From NCBI RefSeq assembly GCF_041146345.1, contig NW_027191404.1, positions 2,356,001-2,420,000 on the forward strand: a stretch of 64,000 bases of DNA, written 5' to 3'. This DNA is from Neodothiora populina. Its lineage: Eukaryota. Numbering within the stretch: position 1 is the first letter of the stretch; every line of letters begins with the position of its first letter. Positions 39,575-51,345 of the stretch are shown piece by piece. A model generated the notes under the pieces. The model made no database searches, had not been told where the DNA came from, and saw nothing but the letters and a program-made list of their open reading frames with translations. The position numbers and the translations under genes are program-made.

Positions 39575-41385
39575 TCAGTCGATGATGATAGCATGCTCGA
39601 AACTGTAACCAGGCGGGACAGCTGCCTCTGTCTCCTCACCTTCACCTTCACCTTCAGCCTCGGCCTCAGGTCCAGCCTCGGCGGCGTCGGTGGCTCTCAG
39701 CGTGGCGATGATCGTCTCGAACAGCTTCTGCGCAAACACGGGTGGGACTGCGTTGCCGACCTGCTTACGGACTTGGCTCTTGAGGCCAACGAAGTAATGC
39801 GTCACGGGGAAAGTCTGCAGCGAGGCGAGTTCGCGGTTGGTGAAGTCGCGGAGGCCAGATGGGTGCACGTTGCTATGGCCTCCTGTGCAGGTGATGAGGC
39901 CCTTGAGCGGTCTGTTGGGATCGTAAGGGGGAAAGTTCAACCAGTTGACTGTATTGAAATCGTGGTTTGGCATATTTGGCTGAATGGAAGATATGGCGTC
40001 CGCGATGGTGGTCCAGCGAAGTTTGTCTGGGCCGTGGGTGGTGGTTGGGAAAGGGGGAAGAGGTTCGCCTGGGCTGAATAGTGTGTAAGGTCAGCCTTGG
40101 AGCGACATATACGTGCGGATCAGAGAACAAGTACTTACCAAGATGCGATGATTATGAGTCGCTTGCGAGCCTGAGGCACGCCATACTGCGAGAGATCAAG
40201 AATGGTCCATCGCGTGCTATAGTTCATAGAAGTAAAGAAATGAATAGTCACGTGCAAGAAGTCCGGCCAATGTGTCTTCAATCCAGAAGTCTCTTCAACC
40301 GTGACGATGCGTGGTCTCACTTGCCTGACAATGTACGGGATCGAAAAGAGAGCCGCCGAGTTGGCATCGTCGTCTCTTCCGGGAACTGTATTAGCCGGCG
40401 AGTAGCTCTGGCAAGGGGGTGACAGATGTAGTATGTCCACTCGAGTGCCTTTAGATGACATGATGAAATTGTATGCGTCCTGCTGGAGGACCTCACTTCC
40501 GGGAAAATTCACTCGATATGTTTCACAGCAGATAGGGTTGTAATCGAAAGCCCACTTCATATCAAGTCCAGCAAGTTTCGCACCGGCGCCAATCCCACCG
40601 GCTCCACAGAAGCCTTCTGCAAAAGTGTACGGCTTGTGTGGTATGTGAGCTTCTTCAATGGTAAGATCGATTGTAGCTTGGTCCTGCAGTGGAAATGCGA
40701 ATGCTGTACGAAGACTCTGTTCAGGAATGGCGTGCTCGGGGTCGGACTCTTGCTGGGAAATTCGCTGGAAACTATGCTGATAAAAGGTCTCACTCGGAGA
40801 TTTCGCGCCCGGACGTCGACATGCACTCTTGATGTATTTGACTCGGCAGACCAGATGGCCTGTGTCGTGAAGCATACGACGCTTTCCATGCTTGGATCTC
40901 TTCCATCTTGTGCAACTCAGAGCAGGATAGATCTGGTTGGACTGGATAAGCTCTCTCTCGCGAAGAACGTCATCCAGAGACACTTCTTCCAGCGACTGCT
41001 GGAACATAGACCGTGGGTCTTCGTTGTTGTATTTTTGGATCATGTAGACCTCGTTGATTTGATCCAACAAAATCTTGTGGGAGCTCTTGTTGCGACGAAA
41101 GAGAGTTCCACGCAGCGTCACCTTGCCTGTCCTGATACTCCGGAGGATTGACTCGACGCGTAGGAAATGGAGACTCTTGTGGCCGGTCCTGTGGGGTTGG
41201 AGAAGCTCGACCGTCATGCCAGGCTTGACGGTCAATCCAGTAGTAGTGGAGACTTTGTCAAGTGTAAGGGAAGTGGAGGAAATATCTGGGTGCTTGACTT
41301 CGTTGTCTACGACAGGGTGATCGTCAATGGTAAGGTCAAGCATCATGAAGAGCTCGTCGTCGCTGTCATCGAGTTCTATTGGCAT
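39575..41385 (-). CDS. rid: RID/Masc1/DmtA-type C5 cytosine methyltransferase with N-terminal BAH-like region (intron 40138-40074)
   Basis: Motif I FAEGFCGAGG, motif IV HLSPPCQ, motif VI VEETSGL, YGVPQARKRLIIIASCPGE, RDFTNRELASLQTFP and QVGNAVPP. Confidence 0.88.
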
Positions 41386-42554
41386 GTCAACAAGACTTCC
41401 AAGACTGTCAGAACTATCAGCTAGATGGAGTGTCAGTTTAAGGGAGGTAAGAGCACACGCGGACCCTGTGATTCATACATTCATTAATCGAAGCGCGGCC
41501 GCGATCGTGACTATCAAAAGTCTTGTTCTGCATGATGTTGGCGATACCTGGCGAGCGAGTAGGCACGGAAGGGCTACGCATGGGGGGTCATGTGAGAGCG
41601 AAAGAAAGTAGGGATGGTGCTGGGGAGGAGATGATCAAAAGAATGTGTGCAGAGTCCTGCAGATTTCGAATCTTGAGTGTAAGTGAGCTTGCCCTCAGAT
41701 AAGATCCAGGCCCGTGAGAGGGCCTAATACCTAGCTATTTGAGGTTACAGAAGTGAGGCTTAGGAGGTAAGATTTCCTTAAAAGTTGGTAAGTGAAATGC
41801 AAGCGAAGCGACCTTGCGGCGGCGGCTTTTATCTTAAAGGGTTTATGGTGGACGATAATGGAAAGATGAGATCTGAAGAAATTGTAGCAGTCTTCTAAAT
41901 ATTTATGCCTCGATGTCAAGCAATGTTCAATACTGCGTGGAAAGAAAGAAGAAGAACAGAGTCTAGAAGGCGTGAGATTGTATGCAACTATGAATGAGAA
42001 GGATGGTATGACAGAAAAGAAGATCTTGGAAGAGAGTACTGATTCAATCTACAGCAGGGTGAAAGACATGCTGGACACCTAACCATTTCGAACTTGCCAA
42101 ATGGGAGAAAGTGTTGATATTATGAGTATCTTCATGATGTTTCCAACCATCATCCGCTCCATTCATTATAGAAGTCAAAGCGCTCAGAATTCCTTAAAGA
42201 AATGCGAGAAGTCGCCAGACCACTTCTGAGTCGCATGTGATTCCAGAGTAGAAGCGAATGGTCGAATTGATGCTGGATATACACAGAATCTGTACCGAAG
42301 ATATAGCATGTCATAACATCGATATAGGTAGAGTATCACGTACAATACAGTCAAGTCAACGCTGTCCAGGGCACGTGCTCAGATCGTCGCATCACACCTA
42401 CCTCGAGTGTGTCGAGGTAGCAACTCCTGAGGAAGCAGCGTACAGCGTGAAGTCAAAACTCACCTCAAGCTAAGGTACCTTACTGTAGCTGGTCAATTCG
42501 CTCACGATGGATATAGTGTGCGGCAATAATGCCAGTACGGAGGAATGTTCAATA

Positions 42555-43161
42555 TCACAGTGGATAAGGTATGGTCTGTGGTTGTCCGTGGTCCACAAGC
42601 ACTGTGAAGCAATGGCAATGCGCTCTTATCCGCTTACCATCCGAGAGTGTAACGCTGACCGTCCCAATGTCACCATGCGTCAGTGCGCGGCGTATTCGGA
42701 GTGCTGTGTCCCTTTGGCCGTCCAGATATTCGGGCGATTCTCTGTAGTCTGTGAGTGGAGATCATTGTATAGTGGGGGCAAAGCAGCGCAATCGGACTGA
42801 ATATTTACACTTACTACCGAAAAACCAAAAAATTTCACCAATTGCCAAGAAAAAGTTGTTACCTCCGAAGTCCGGGCGCGACTGCGTCCAAGTCTCAAAT
42901 TTCTTCTTCGGCTCATTCAATCCCTTCAGAACAATGTCGTTGTCGTGTGAGATCTGTCGTAGGCATTCGCCGTCATTATACACTCTCCGTAGTGTCTATT
43001 CTGCTTCTTCGGCGACGTCCGAAAGACCTCCTTGACTCCTTGAGAGCCTTGCCGTGTCATAACCATCTATCTTGTACGTATCGCGTCTGTTTACTATGCC
43101 CCTCACTGCCGCATACCATTTCTGCCATTTCTACCAAAACCATCATGTCTGAAGGATGACC
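42555..43161 (-). pseudogene. Possible decayed gene fragment of unknown family
   Basis: One protein-like frame interrupted by stops (e.g. TAG at 42998-42996). It joins in frame across a GTAAGT..CAG segment (42814-42749) into YRESPEYLDGQRDTALRIRRALTHGD. No family recognised. Confidence 0.25.
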
Positions 43162-43342
43162 TTGAAAGCCAAATCAAAGATGTTAGACTAGTGATCACTC
43201 ATGAACACAAGACTTTCCCTGACTACACAGACATATCTGTTTTTCAATGCTAGATGCCATTTCTGAGATGCAGCGCCTTCATGCTAACCTGAAGATGCGC
43301 AGTAAAGCACTTTTGCTCTCCATCTAGCGCCATTCATCCATC

Positions 43343-45115
43343 ATGTGTGGCATTCTCGGAGTCATTCACGGAAACCCGTCCTCGACGGACGCTGCTGTTG
43401 AGATCCACCAAGCGCTCTACTACTTGCAGCACAGAGGTCAAGATGCTTGCGGTATCGCTACCTGCAACAAGGGTGGACGCATCTTCCAGTGCAAGGGCAA
43501 TGGTCTTGCCTCAAAGGTCTTCCACGACGGTTCGCGCGTGTCTGACCTCTCTGGCTTCATGGGTCTTGGACACCTGAGGTATCCTACTGCTGGCAGCAGC
43601 GCCAACGCAGAGGCCCAGCCCTTCTACGTCAACAGCCCTTACGGCATTGCCATGACTCACAACGGCAACCTCATCAATGCTCCCGCTCTCAGGGAGTATC
43701 TCGACAAGGAAGCCCACCGTCACATCAACACCGATAGCGACAGTGAGCTGATGCTCAACATCTTCGCCAACGAGCTCAACGAGACCAAAAAGGCCAGAGT
43801 CAACGCTGGCGACTGCTTTGCTGCTCTCGAGAGGATGTACAAAATCTGCTCCGGCGGTTGGGCTTGCACTGCCATGCTTGCCGGGTTCGGTCTGATTGGC
43901 TTCCGTGATGCCTATGGCATCCGCCCCATGGTCCTCGGATCCAAGCCTAACGAAGACGGTCACGGTACTGACTACATGATGGCTTCCGAGTCCGTCGCCC
44001 TCTCCCAGTGTGGCTACGGCAATGTCATCGACGTCAAGCCTGGCCAAGCTGTCATCATCGAGAAGGGATGCGAGCCTGTCTTTGCTCAAGTCCACCCCGA
44101 ACAGAGCTACACCCCGGACATCTTCGAGTATGTCTACTTCGCGCGCCCAGAATCTGTCATTGATGGTATCTCTGTCCACCGCAGTCGTCAACTCATGGGT
44201 TACCGTCTTGCCGAGAGGATCCGCCAGCAAATCCCCGCTGAAGAGCTCAAGAAGATCGACGCTGTCATCCCCATTCCGGAGACTAGTCTTATTTCTGCCT
44301 ACGCTGTGTCGAAGCACCTCAAGATCCCCTACTGTCAAGCGTTCGTCAAGAACCGATACATTTTCCGCACATTCATCATGCCCAACCAAAAGGCTCGTCA
44401 AAAGGGTGTTCGAGCCAAGCTCAACGCCATTCCCATCGAGTTCCAAGGCAAGAACGTGCTCCTTGTTGATGACAGTATCGTCCGTGGAACCACTAGTCGT
44501 GAGATCGTCTTAATGGCGCGCGAAGCTGGCGCCAAGACCGTTCACTTCGCTAGTTGTGCTCCTCCCATCACTCACGCTCACATCTACGGTATCGATCTGG
44601 CCTCGTCCTCCGAACTCATCGCCCATGATCGTACCGAGAAAGACATTGCCAAGCAGATCGGCGCCGACTCTGTCGTCTACCAGACACTTCAAGATCTTGA
44701 GGAATCATGCGCGCAGACCAGCCCCCGCGACCCTGCTACTCAAAAGTTCGAGGTTGGTGTCTTCTGCGGCAAATACGTTACCCCCGTCGATGACACATAC
44801 TTCCAACATCTGGAACGCATGAGAGGAGACGCCAAAAAGATCAAAGTCCTCGAGAGTGCAAGGGAAGCTGTCAGACAGGGAACCGCAGAAGAGGATCAAG
44901 TCAGGATGGCCGCTAATGGCGTGCATGTTGACTCACAAGGCAATGTGGTCCCGGCCGACGGAGGCAACGCAGATCAGAAGGCCGCAGCGGCTGCATTGGT
45001 GAATGGCGATGCAGGTGAGAGACCTGCTCGTCCTGGTGCAGGATCGCATAAAGAGGGACTTAGCCGTGGCGAGAGTCAAGACATCTCTCTGCACAACCTT
45101 AACGACGAGCGATGA
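43343..45115 (+). CDS. ADE4: Amidophosphoribosyltransferase
   Basis: N-terminal [23 protein letters not shown], and PRPP motif [14 protein letters not shown]. Confidence 0.97.
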   Translation: MCGILGVIHGNPSSTDAAVEIHQALYYLQHRGQDACGIATCNKGGRIFQCKGNGLASKVFHDGSRVSDLSGFMGLGHLRYPTAGSSANAEAQPFYVNSPYGIAMTHNGNLINAPALREYLDKEAHRHINTDSDSELMLNIFANELNETKKARVNAGDCFAALERMYKICSGGWACTAMLAGFGLIGFRDAYGIRPMVLGSKPNEDGHGTDYMMASESVALSQCGYGNVIDVKPGQAVIIEKGCEPVFAQVHPEQSYTPDIFEYVYFARPESVIDGISVHRSRQLMGYRLAERIRQQIPAEELKKIDAVIPIPETSLISAYAVSKHLKIPYCQAFVKNRYIFRTFIMPNQKARQKGVRAKLNAIPIEFQGKNVLLVDDSIVRGTTSREIVLMAREAGAKTVHFASCAPPITHAHIYGIDLASSSELIAHDRTEKDIAKQIGADSVVYQTLQDLEESCAQTSPRDPATQKFEVGVFCGKYVTPVDDTYFQHLERMRGDAKKIKVLESAREAVRQGTAEEDQVRMAANGVHVDSQGNVVPADGGNADQKAAAAALVNGDAGERPARPGAGSHKEGLSRGESQDISLHNLNDER

Positions 45116-46355
45116 GTACCGGAATGATGGGATTACATAAGGCGTTTGGCGCGACGATAAGCTCGTAGATGCTACCAATGGGGGCAGGCTGGTGACGGAG
45201 GGGACAGTCGCTATTGTTTACATAGACCAGAGAGGGGAAGCCTCATAGCAATCATACTGCATTTTGTCTTGATGATATCATCCACTCTGTAGTGTCGTGC
45301 GTACGTGCTGCAACGAGTAACATGTGTTGTTGGTCTCATTTTTCCGCCATATCCACCAACATGGCCTTCGGCCGCAGGCTAAGCATCGGTTCCCGACGCT
45401 CATGAAGATACCGGGACAGATTCGATGTCAATTTCCCAGGACAATCGGTATAGCAGACATGTGTCAGTCCATCGGCTAAGCGGTTCAGTGATCGGACGGG
45501 AGCCCTGCCAATGACTCGAGTTTTAGTTCCAGGCCGAATGTTGCGCTAGAAAAATAATTCGATCCCACCACACATTGGTGATGACTCCAAAATAATTCAG
45601 ACCATTCCAACTCGTCGTCCTGCATCGAACTTCGTCATCGTCGATCAAAGTGGAAAAACGTCGAGTCGAGTCGTGCTAGCAGCAAGAAAGTCTATCCCAT
45701 CGTCTACTTACTCGTTAGTCGACTGCCACGTGCCACGAGAAGCGAGATGAATGAGTAGAAGAGAAAAAGGCAAGCACAAGGAAGGCAACCTTGGGACAGA
45801 AGACCCAGGATTCGGGGACGTGGTACAGTACAGTAACGCGACGCGCTTTTACACGCACAGTGACAAGATTGTCAAAGATAAGTCCTGTGCGACTATCCGC
45901 GGTCGAGTCGACCTAGTTCTCGCAATTCAACGGACGGCTGCCCATTGCGGCTTCCAACATGAACCTGCGCACAATCAACGGGCTATCTATCTCGTGTCGC
46001 CAAAAACGGACGTTCACACTGTTTCATGGAAGCATTACCTTCCTCTACAGTCGAAGGTACTTGTGCTACCTAATCAAGGAGGTCGATATTGCATATCTCG
46101 ACGGAGAAAGCCGATGGGGAAGGGATCGCAATACACAACATCCAGTGCCGCTGAGCTCGCGATTCATCATGATATGTGATACGAAACATCACATCAGCCG
46201 GTGCCATCTCCAAGGAAAGCTAAGTGCGTGATCCAGAGAAGACGACGATGAGTATTCCAATCTCGCTTTCCACACTCAACCTACAGTTTTGAATCGGGCC
46301 TTTTCTTTCTTTACTATTTTCCACATACACACTATGATTGTTCATAAGGCATGCA

Positions 46356-46997
46356 ATGCCCCCCAAAAGACCAGCAGCGTCTGCTTCAATCGCGGATACG
46401 CGCCTCGGTCTAGCCGCAGAGGAGCTGGCTCTTTTCCGCCAGCATCGTAGTATTGCTCTCGGGCAGGCGCCACGCACAAGTGGCGCAACCACAACCACTC
46501 ACCATGTGAACGCTACTGCCCAGCTTCGGAATGGAGGTACGCTGGACTCTACAGGTCTTCAGCTCATGACGACTCATTTTGATAGAGTCATGATGTCCAT
46601 TCAGCAGCGTCTGGAAGCCGTGAGTATGCTCGCTTGATATCCCCAACCACAAGTGCATCACAAAGTATGGACGCAAGACAACGTTCACGCAGCAATCTGA
46701 TGGCTAAGAAACGAAATGAAGGAAGAGAAATGATAGAAAGAAAAAACATTTTCTCACAATTTATCCCCCACATAGTTGCATCGCGACACTCGGCTCGCTT
46801 CACAGCGACATGCTCGACAGCAGCAGCAGGCTCAAGTGTCCGTCCAGGCAGCCAATGCGGAAATTGCCAGGATGCATTCGATCCTGAGACAGATTGACGA
46901 GCTGGAGACGGAATTCGACAAGATCCGCCGCATTCGAGACATCGTGAGGACATATAGAGCACGAATCGAGGACTTGGACCGAAGACTCGGCGGATGA
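46356..46997 (+). CDS. CNL1: BLOC-1 subunit Cnl1-like protein (intron 46620-46775)
   Basis: DTRLGLAAEELALFRQH...ANAEIARMHSILRQIDELETEFDKIRRIRDIVRTYRARIEDLDRRL matches the fungal Cnl1 pattern I recall; intron GTGAGT..TAG is in frame. Confidence 0.7.
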
Positions 46998-47349
46998 AAG
47001 GAGAGAGGTGTCCATTGGGACCCATTGTATCTGTGGAAAGCACAGGGAAGGGAAGGAGAAGAATTCTTCGCGCTACGAGTATGTCTCAAAAGTGGGACCA
47101 CAAGTAAAGATAGATCAGCACTAATGAGGGCAAAGGGCGCGTTGCACGAGGGAGATACGCGTGAGTCCGAGTCACTCTACTTACTCAGTGATCGCTACAA
47201 TCAGACGCAGGAGTGGGATGAATGGATGGCCAGGCGGGCATGGCATTATGCACAACTGATCATACAGGATGAGAAGCATGCATCCGAATACAAGACATGT
47301 GCACTAAAGCAGAACCTGTACAGAGGATAAAAAAGCCTAGACACAGCTA

Positions 47350-50080
47350 CGACCATTCAGGACAGCGCCGGCGCTCGCTCACAGATTAGGTCGATAGTGT
47401 ACTACCATAACATAACAGGCAGTTCGCTGTTCGCTCAATCCGATATCTATACTTGTATTAGTTCCAAGAGGGTCGCACGTTGCGATCAACATATCTGATA
47501 GGGCAATTCGGAATCAAGTGCATGGAGCCGTATCTTCCAGGGGGGATTTTTCTTTCATCCTTCGCAAAAAGTGCTCATTATTTTTCCATGGTCGGCGCTA
47601 TCTGCCCCGTCTCGCACATGGTTTGCAAGGATATATCTGCTACCCGCCTCCACAATAGCAAAAAAAGATTGATCTTGAGAGTGACCATCAGGGTTATTAC
47701 GCGATGATAAGCTGTGCGGGGTCTCATAGATAGGCGATCAGAGTACCTGAATGGACGATATACATCGCACGGACACAAGGCCGTATGCGATGATGATTCT
47801 CCAACAAGATGTTGCGTGCTATCTCGACATCGACCTTGGTTGGTCTTATCGAGATAGGACATGACTGAATGCAGCGCCTGGGTTTCGATACAAAAGGGAG
47901 CCTTGTTCCCCCTTCCAGCAACGTGAGCTGTCACCTAAATTCGGAATCAATGTGACCGAAACTCTGGCTTCACAAATCCCCCAAGGTGTTAGACGAGATT
48001 CGCATTCCCAGACCCTTGTATGCTAGATCCGAACTATGGTCCCCCGGATATGTACCACACTACTACTATGACACTACACAACACACCTCCCATTCAGATG
48101 ACCGACACCGACTATTCGGATGGGGGTGTTCTTGCACCCACTGCGACCTTGATCTAAGGTGCCCGCAAGTCATGTCCAGGATGACATGGGTCGGTGACGA
48201 GTGACAATCCTGAGATCGGCTTCGCACATGTCACAGCGTCTACTGCTATAACTACGGAGGATCCAGTCGAGTCAGAATTAAGGATCCAACATACCTTGCT
48301 TTTTCTCAGGACGGCACTTCTGGCAACATGTGCCAACCGACGAATTTTTCCAATGAAAAGCCAAGGTCACAAGGACGACGTAACAGCGATCCCCAATCTG
48401 GACATTTGATGGGAGCTAGAGTTTCCTACCATCGTATTTGCTTTTGCTTTATTCTTATTTGCCTTTGGTGTGGTAGGTCGAGATCCTTCGCCCCGAAAAC
48501 ACCCCCTGTCCCGCCTTCCGTCATGCGGACAGGCGTGCCGTGGACCTGATGTGATTGCAATAACTCGCTAGCATGCGACTTGAAAACGCGCTGGACGGTC
48601 CGCTTGAGATTTCTGGGGCCATTCTTGTTAATTGTTCCAGCGCGGTGCAGTAAGGCCCGCGGTGGTGCCTGACTCAGGAATATGGAAGAACCGGCAGCCC
48701 AGCACGGATGTGCGCTGTTACAGCTTTCGCATTGCTTCGCAATCGAGGCTTGTGCTGCAGCGATCCAATTAGGTATGTTGTCTTGCGTTTAGATGGGTGC
48801 ATTATGATTTACCAACCTCGGCTGGGGAGACACGAGTCGACCCACACGCGAAATTATCGGCGTTTGATGGCTCGCACAGGGTCTCACCAAGCCACGAGCC
48901 CTTGTCTGGGATCCGCACTTGTCGCTCACCCACTTCTCTTAATTCGGATGGTACCATGACGGAAGCTAAATGGAATAGGTCGCGTTGAGTAATTAGCCAA
49001 CGCTGTCCAACCAGAATACGGTCCTTTCGAGTCTATGAACCTACAATGTATTTCTCACATGGCGTTTAGCGAGCGTTGTACCTCCGTACTCGGTCCGCAA
49101 GACTGAAGCGCGCGACACGCCCCGTGCTAGAATGCCGGGCAACTGGTCGCGTGTGTGGCGTGTAGCCATCTTTGACACTTCTCCGCGCCGAATGCGACAC
49201 CGGGGCAATCGTCTTTTGCCAATCCATACGCACTGTTACAATAATATCCAAGTCGTGCGAGTGGAAATAGCGGAGGATGACCAAAAACGAGCATTCCGCT
49301 GCAAAAATCTATCTGCCCAAGCTGCAACATGATGTAGGAGAGCTGCGACCTGGTACATCATGTGCTTCAGCGCAGAACATCGGATGGCTTGCATATCTTG
49401 CGGTCGCGAGCAGCTCCTTGTACCGCGGGGTGTGTAGCGGCCAATCGGCTAACTGTAAGGAGACGATGCCTCACCTTGCACCACGATGCGGAGGGTAAGT
49501 ATGTGGGTGCTTAGCCAGCGCCTCGTTCCGGAAGGCTTGCTTGTTTGTTCGGGTCTATCACGGGATGGCCGCATACAACCCAGTCTCGACCGGATCCTTG
49601 ATTACGAGCCATCCTGTTGGGCGACATTGCTTCGGTAAGTATGTCCACCTAACACAATCATTGATTTGACAATTTCTGCATATATTCTTCATTTCTAATA
49701 ATGACAACCATCTTGTAAAAAGGCTTGACGATCATACGTGTCGCGTGGAATATGATTCATGTTTGTACAGTGAGTTTTGTACCCGTCAAGCCTGACTTTC
49801 TATTCCGCCTAAAAAAGGGTTAGGCTATAGCGTAGTAGAGGGAGCCCGCAGATCAGGGTTTTGTTTCGGAAAATTACGGGCTTGGTCCTCGGTAGGTTGG
49901 ATATGTGGATCACTGCAGTAGTGGCCTTTGACTCGAGTCAGTTCTATATTACTTTCTGTGACTATGAGGCAGCAGTCTATATCAGGAGGACGCTTCATCC
50001 GTCACAAGTATCTGGATGAAGCACTCGAGCCATGCTCAATAAATGCAGTGTTAGCAGCATGTGAAACCTGATCATCAGGT
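47350..50080 (+). ncRNA. Candidate large structured non-coding RNA (identity unresolved; some telomerase-RNA-like traits)
   Basis: No credible ORF. Many 9-15 bp helices, e.g. 47958-47970/48413-48425, 48515-48525/48955-48965, 49327-49336/49354-49363, 49390-49404/49422-49436 (5 G-U) and 49721-49730/49784-49793. The G-U bias and a cUUCGg loop favour the + strand. Boundaries are approximate. Confidence 0.5.
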
Positions 50081-51345
50081 GTTGGTCGGACGAGCATCCT
50101 TGGAGTGGATGGGTTTATGCGGCGTGGGGTGGAGGAGGGCGTCAAGCATGTGAAAGAGCTAGGGAACGCCAGGGAACACGGGGTTGGCGAAAGGCTTCTC
50201 GACGGCGAAATCAGCCGAAAAGAGCATAGCGGGTGGGTCGAGCGGACGTCTGTCAATGTGAGAGATGCAGCAAGTCGTCATCAGTAGTCAAGCGGCAATA
50301 AGTCAAGGCTAAATGCCACTCCTACACAGCCGCCTCTGGTTGGGCACCTTAGCTTGTGCATGGAAAGTTGGATGGAAAGGTAGACAAGCTCGAGTATGTT
50401 CTGTACATTGTACATTCCAGGGAGAAAAACTCCGACGTCGAGCGACGTATGTACCGTGTGTAAACGGCTGAACAATTTTTTTCACTTCGTTCGGCGAGAC
50501 GGGATGTACAAGTGCCGTGCCCTCAGTCGAGGCTATAGCATGGCTCAGGCACAATTAAAAAAAAAAGGTTAGCTACCGTGACAAGCAGTGCAGTAGCACC
50601 TAGTCCTTGTCGTAGTGTATTGCAGTCTGTAATAATGATGATAGTTCGCGTGGTGGTTGAGGGTTCTGCACCGACACACATGCGACCACCGTTCAACAAG
50701 ATGAATGTGGAGTTGCGTCTGCAGGCGACTAGGCGAGCAGAGATCGGCCGAACCACCCCACTATTACAGGTGGTTTTAATAAAATAGCAAATAGCCACTG
50801 GCGTGGGCATTCATATGAATGGATCAGAGTAATGAGCATCGTTTTTCAGGGTTCATCAATGTCGGTAGTCAATACTCAATGAAGGGAGAGGCGGGCCTCG
50901 CAGACGGCGATAGCTCGAAGTATCCTCCCCACTCGTTTCTTGGTCCTGGCTTTGTCGGTGGCAGCGGGTGCACCGGTCGAGCATACTAGTCCAGCCACGC
51001 ACGAGATCTCGAGTGGGACCTAGCGACGAGCAGTAACGCTAGGGTCGGGTCTTGCCCTGACCATTTGTCGGCTTCACTAGACCATTTTTACAGTGGCAGC
51101 TCGAACGAGAGCGAAAGGGTACCTTAAGGTTAGTTGCCCGTGTACATGCTGACCACTTCACACGACTGGGTGCATCGCATCGCATCGCATTACCACCAAC
51201 TTACCCGTGCCTCTCCCACCAACCAACATTACCACCATACCTGTGACGCTCCTTTCCTCTCTCACCAAAGCAGACAAAGTACAGTATTGATCTCTCCAGA
51301 CTCAGTCAGCGATTGCATGTATTGCCTCTACTTTTGAGCCGCGAA

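Noticed and set aside
43511..44446. 311-aa antisense ORF over ADE4 (similar ORFs over GCV2, PAF1 and the GPI gene)
   Set aside because: Shadow ORFs caused by strong codon bias of the real genes; no recognisable motifs.
49817..49825. CCTAACCCT on the minus strand as a telomerase template
   Set aside because: It is on the strand opposite to the one favoured by G-U pairs and is sequestered in a GCCTAA/TTAGGC hairpin. A 9-nt telomere match is expected by chance in 64 kb.
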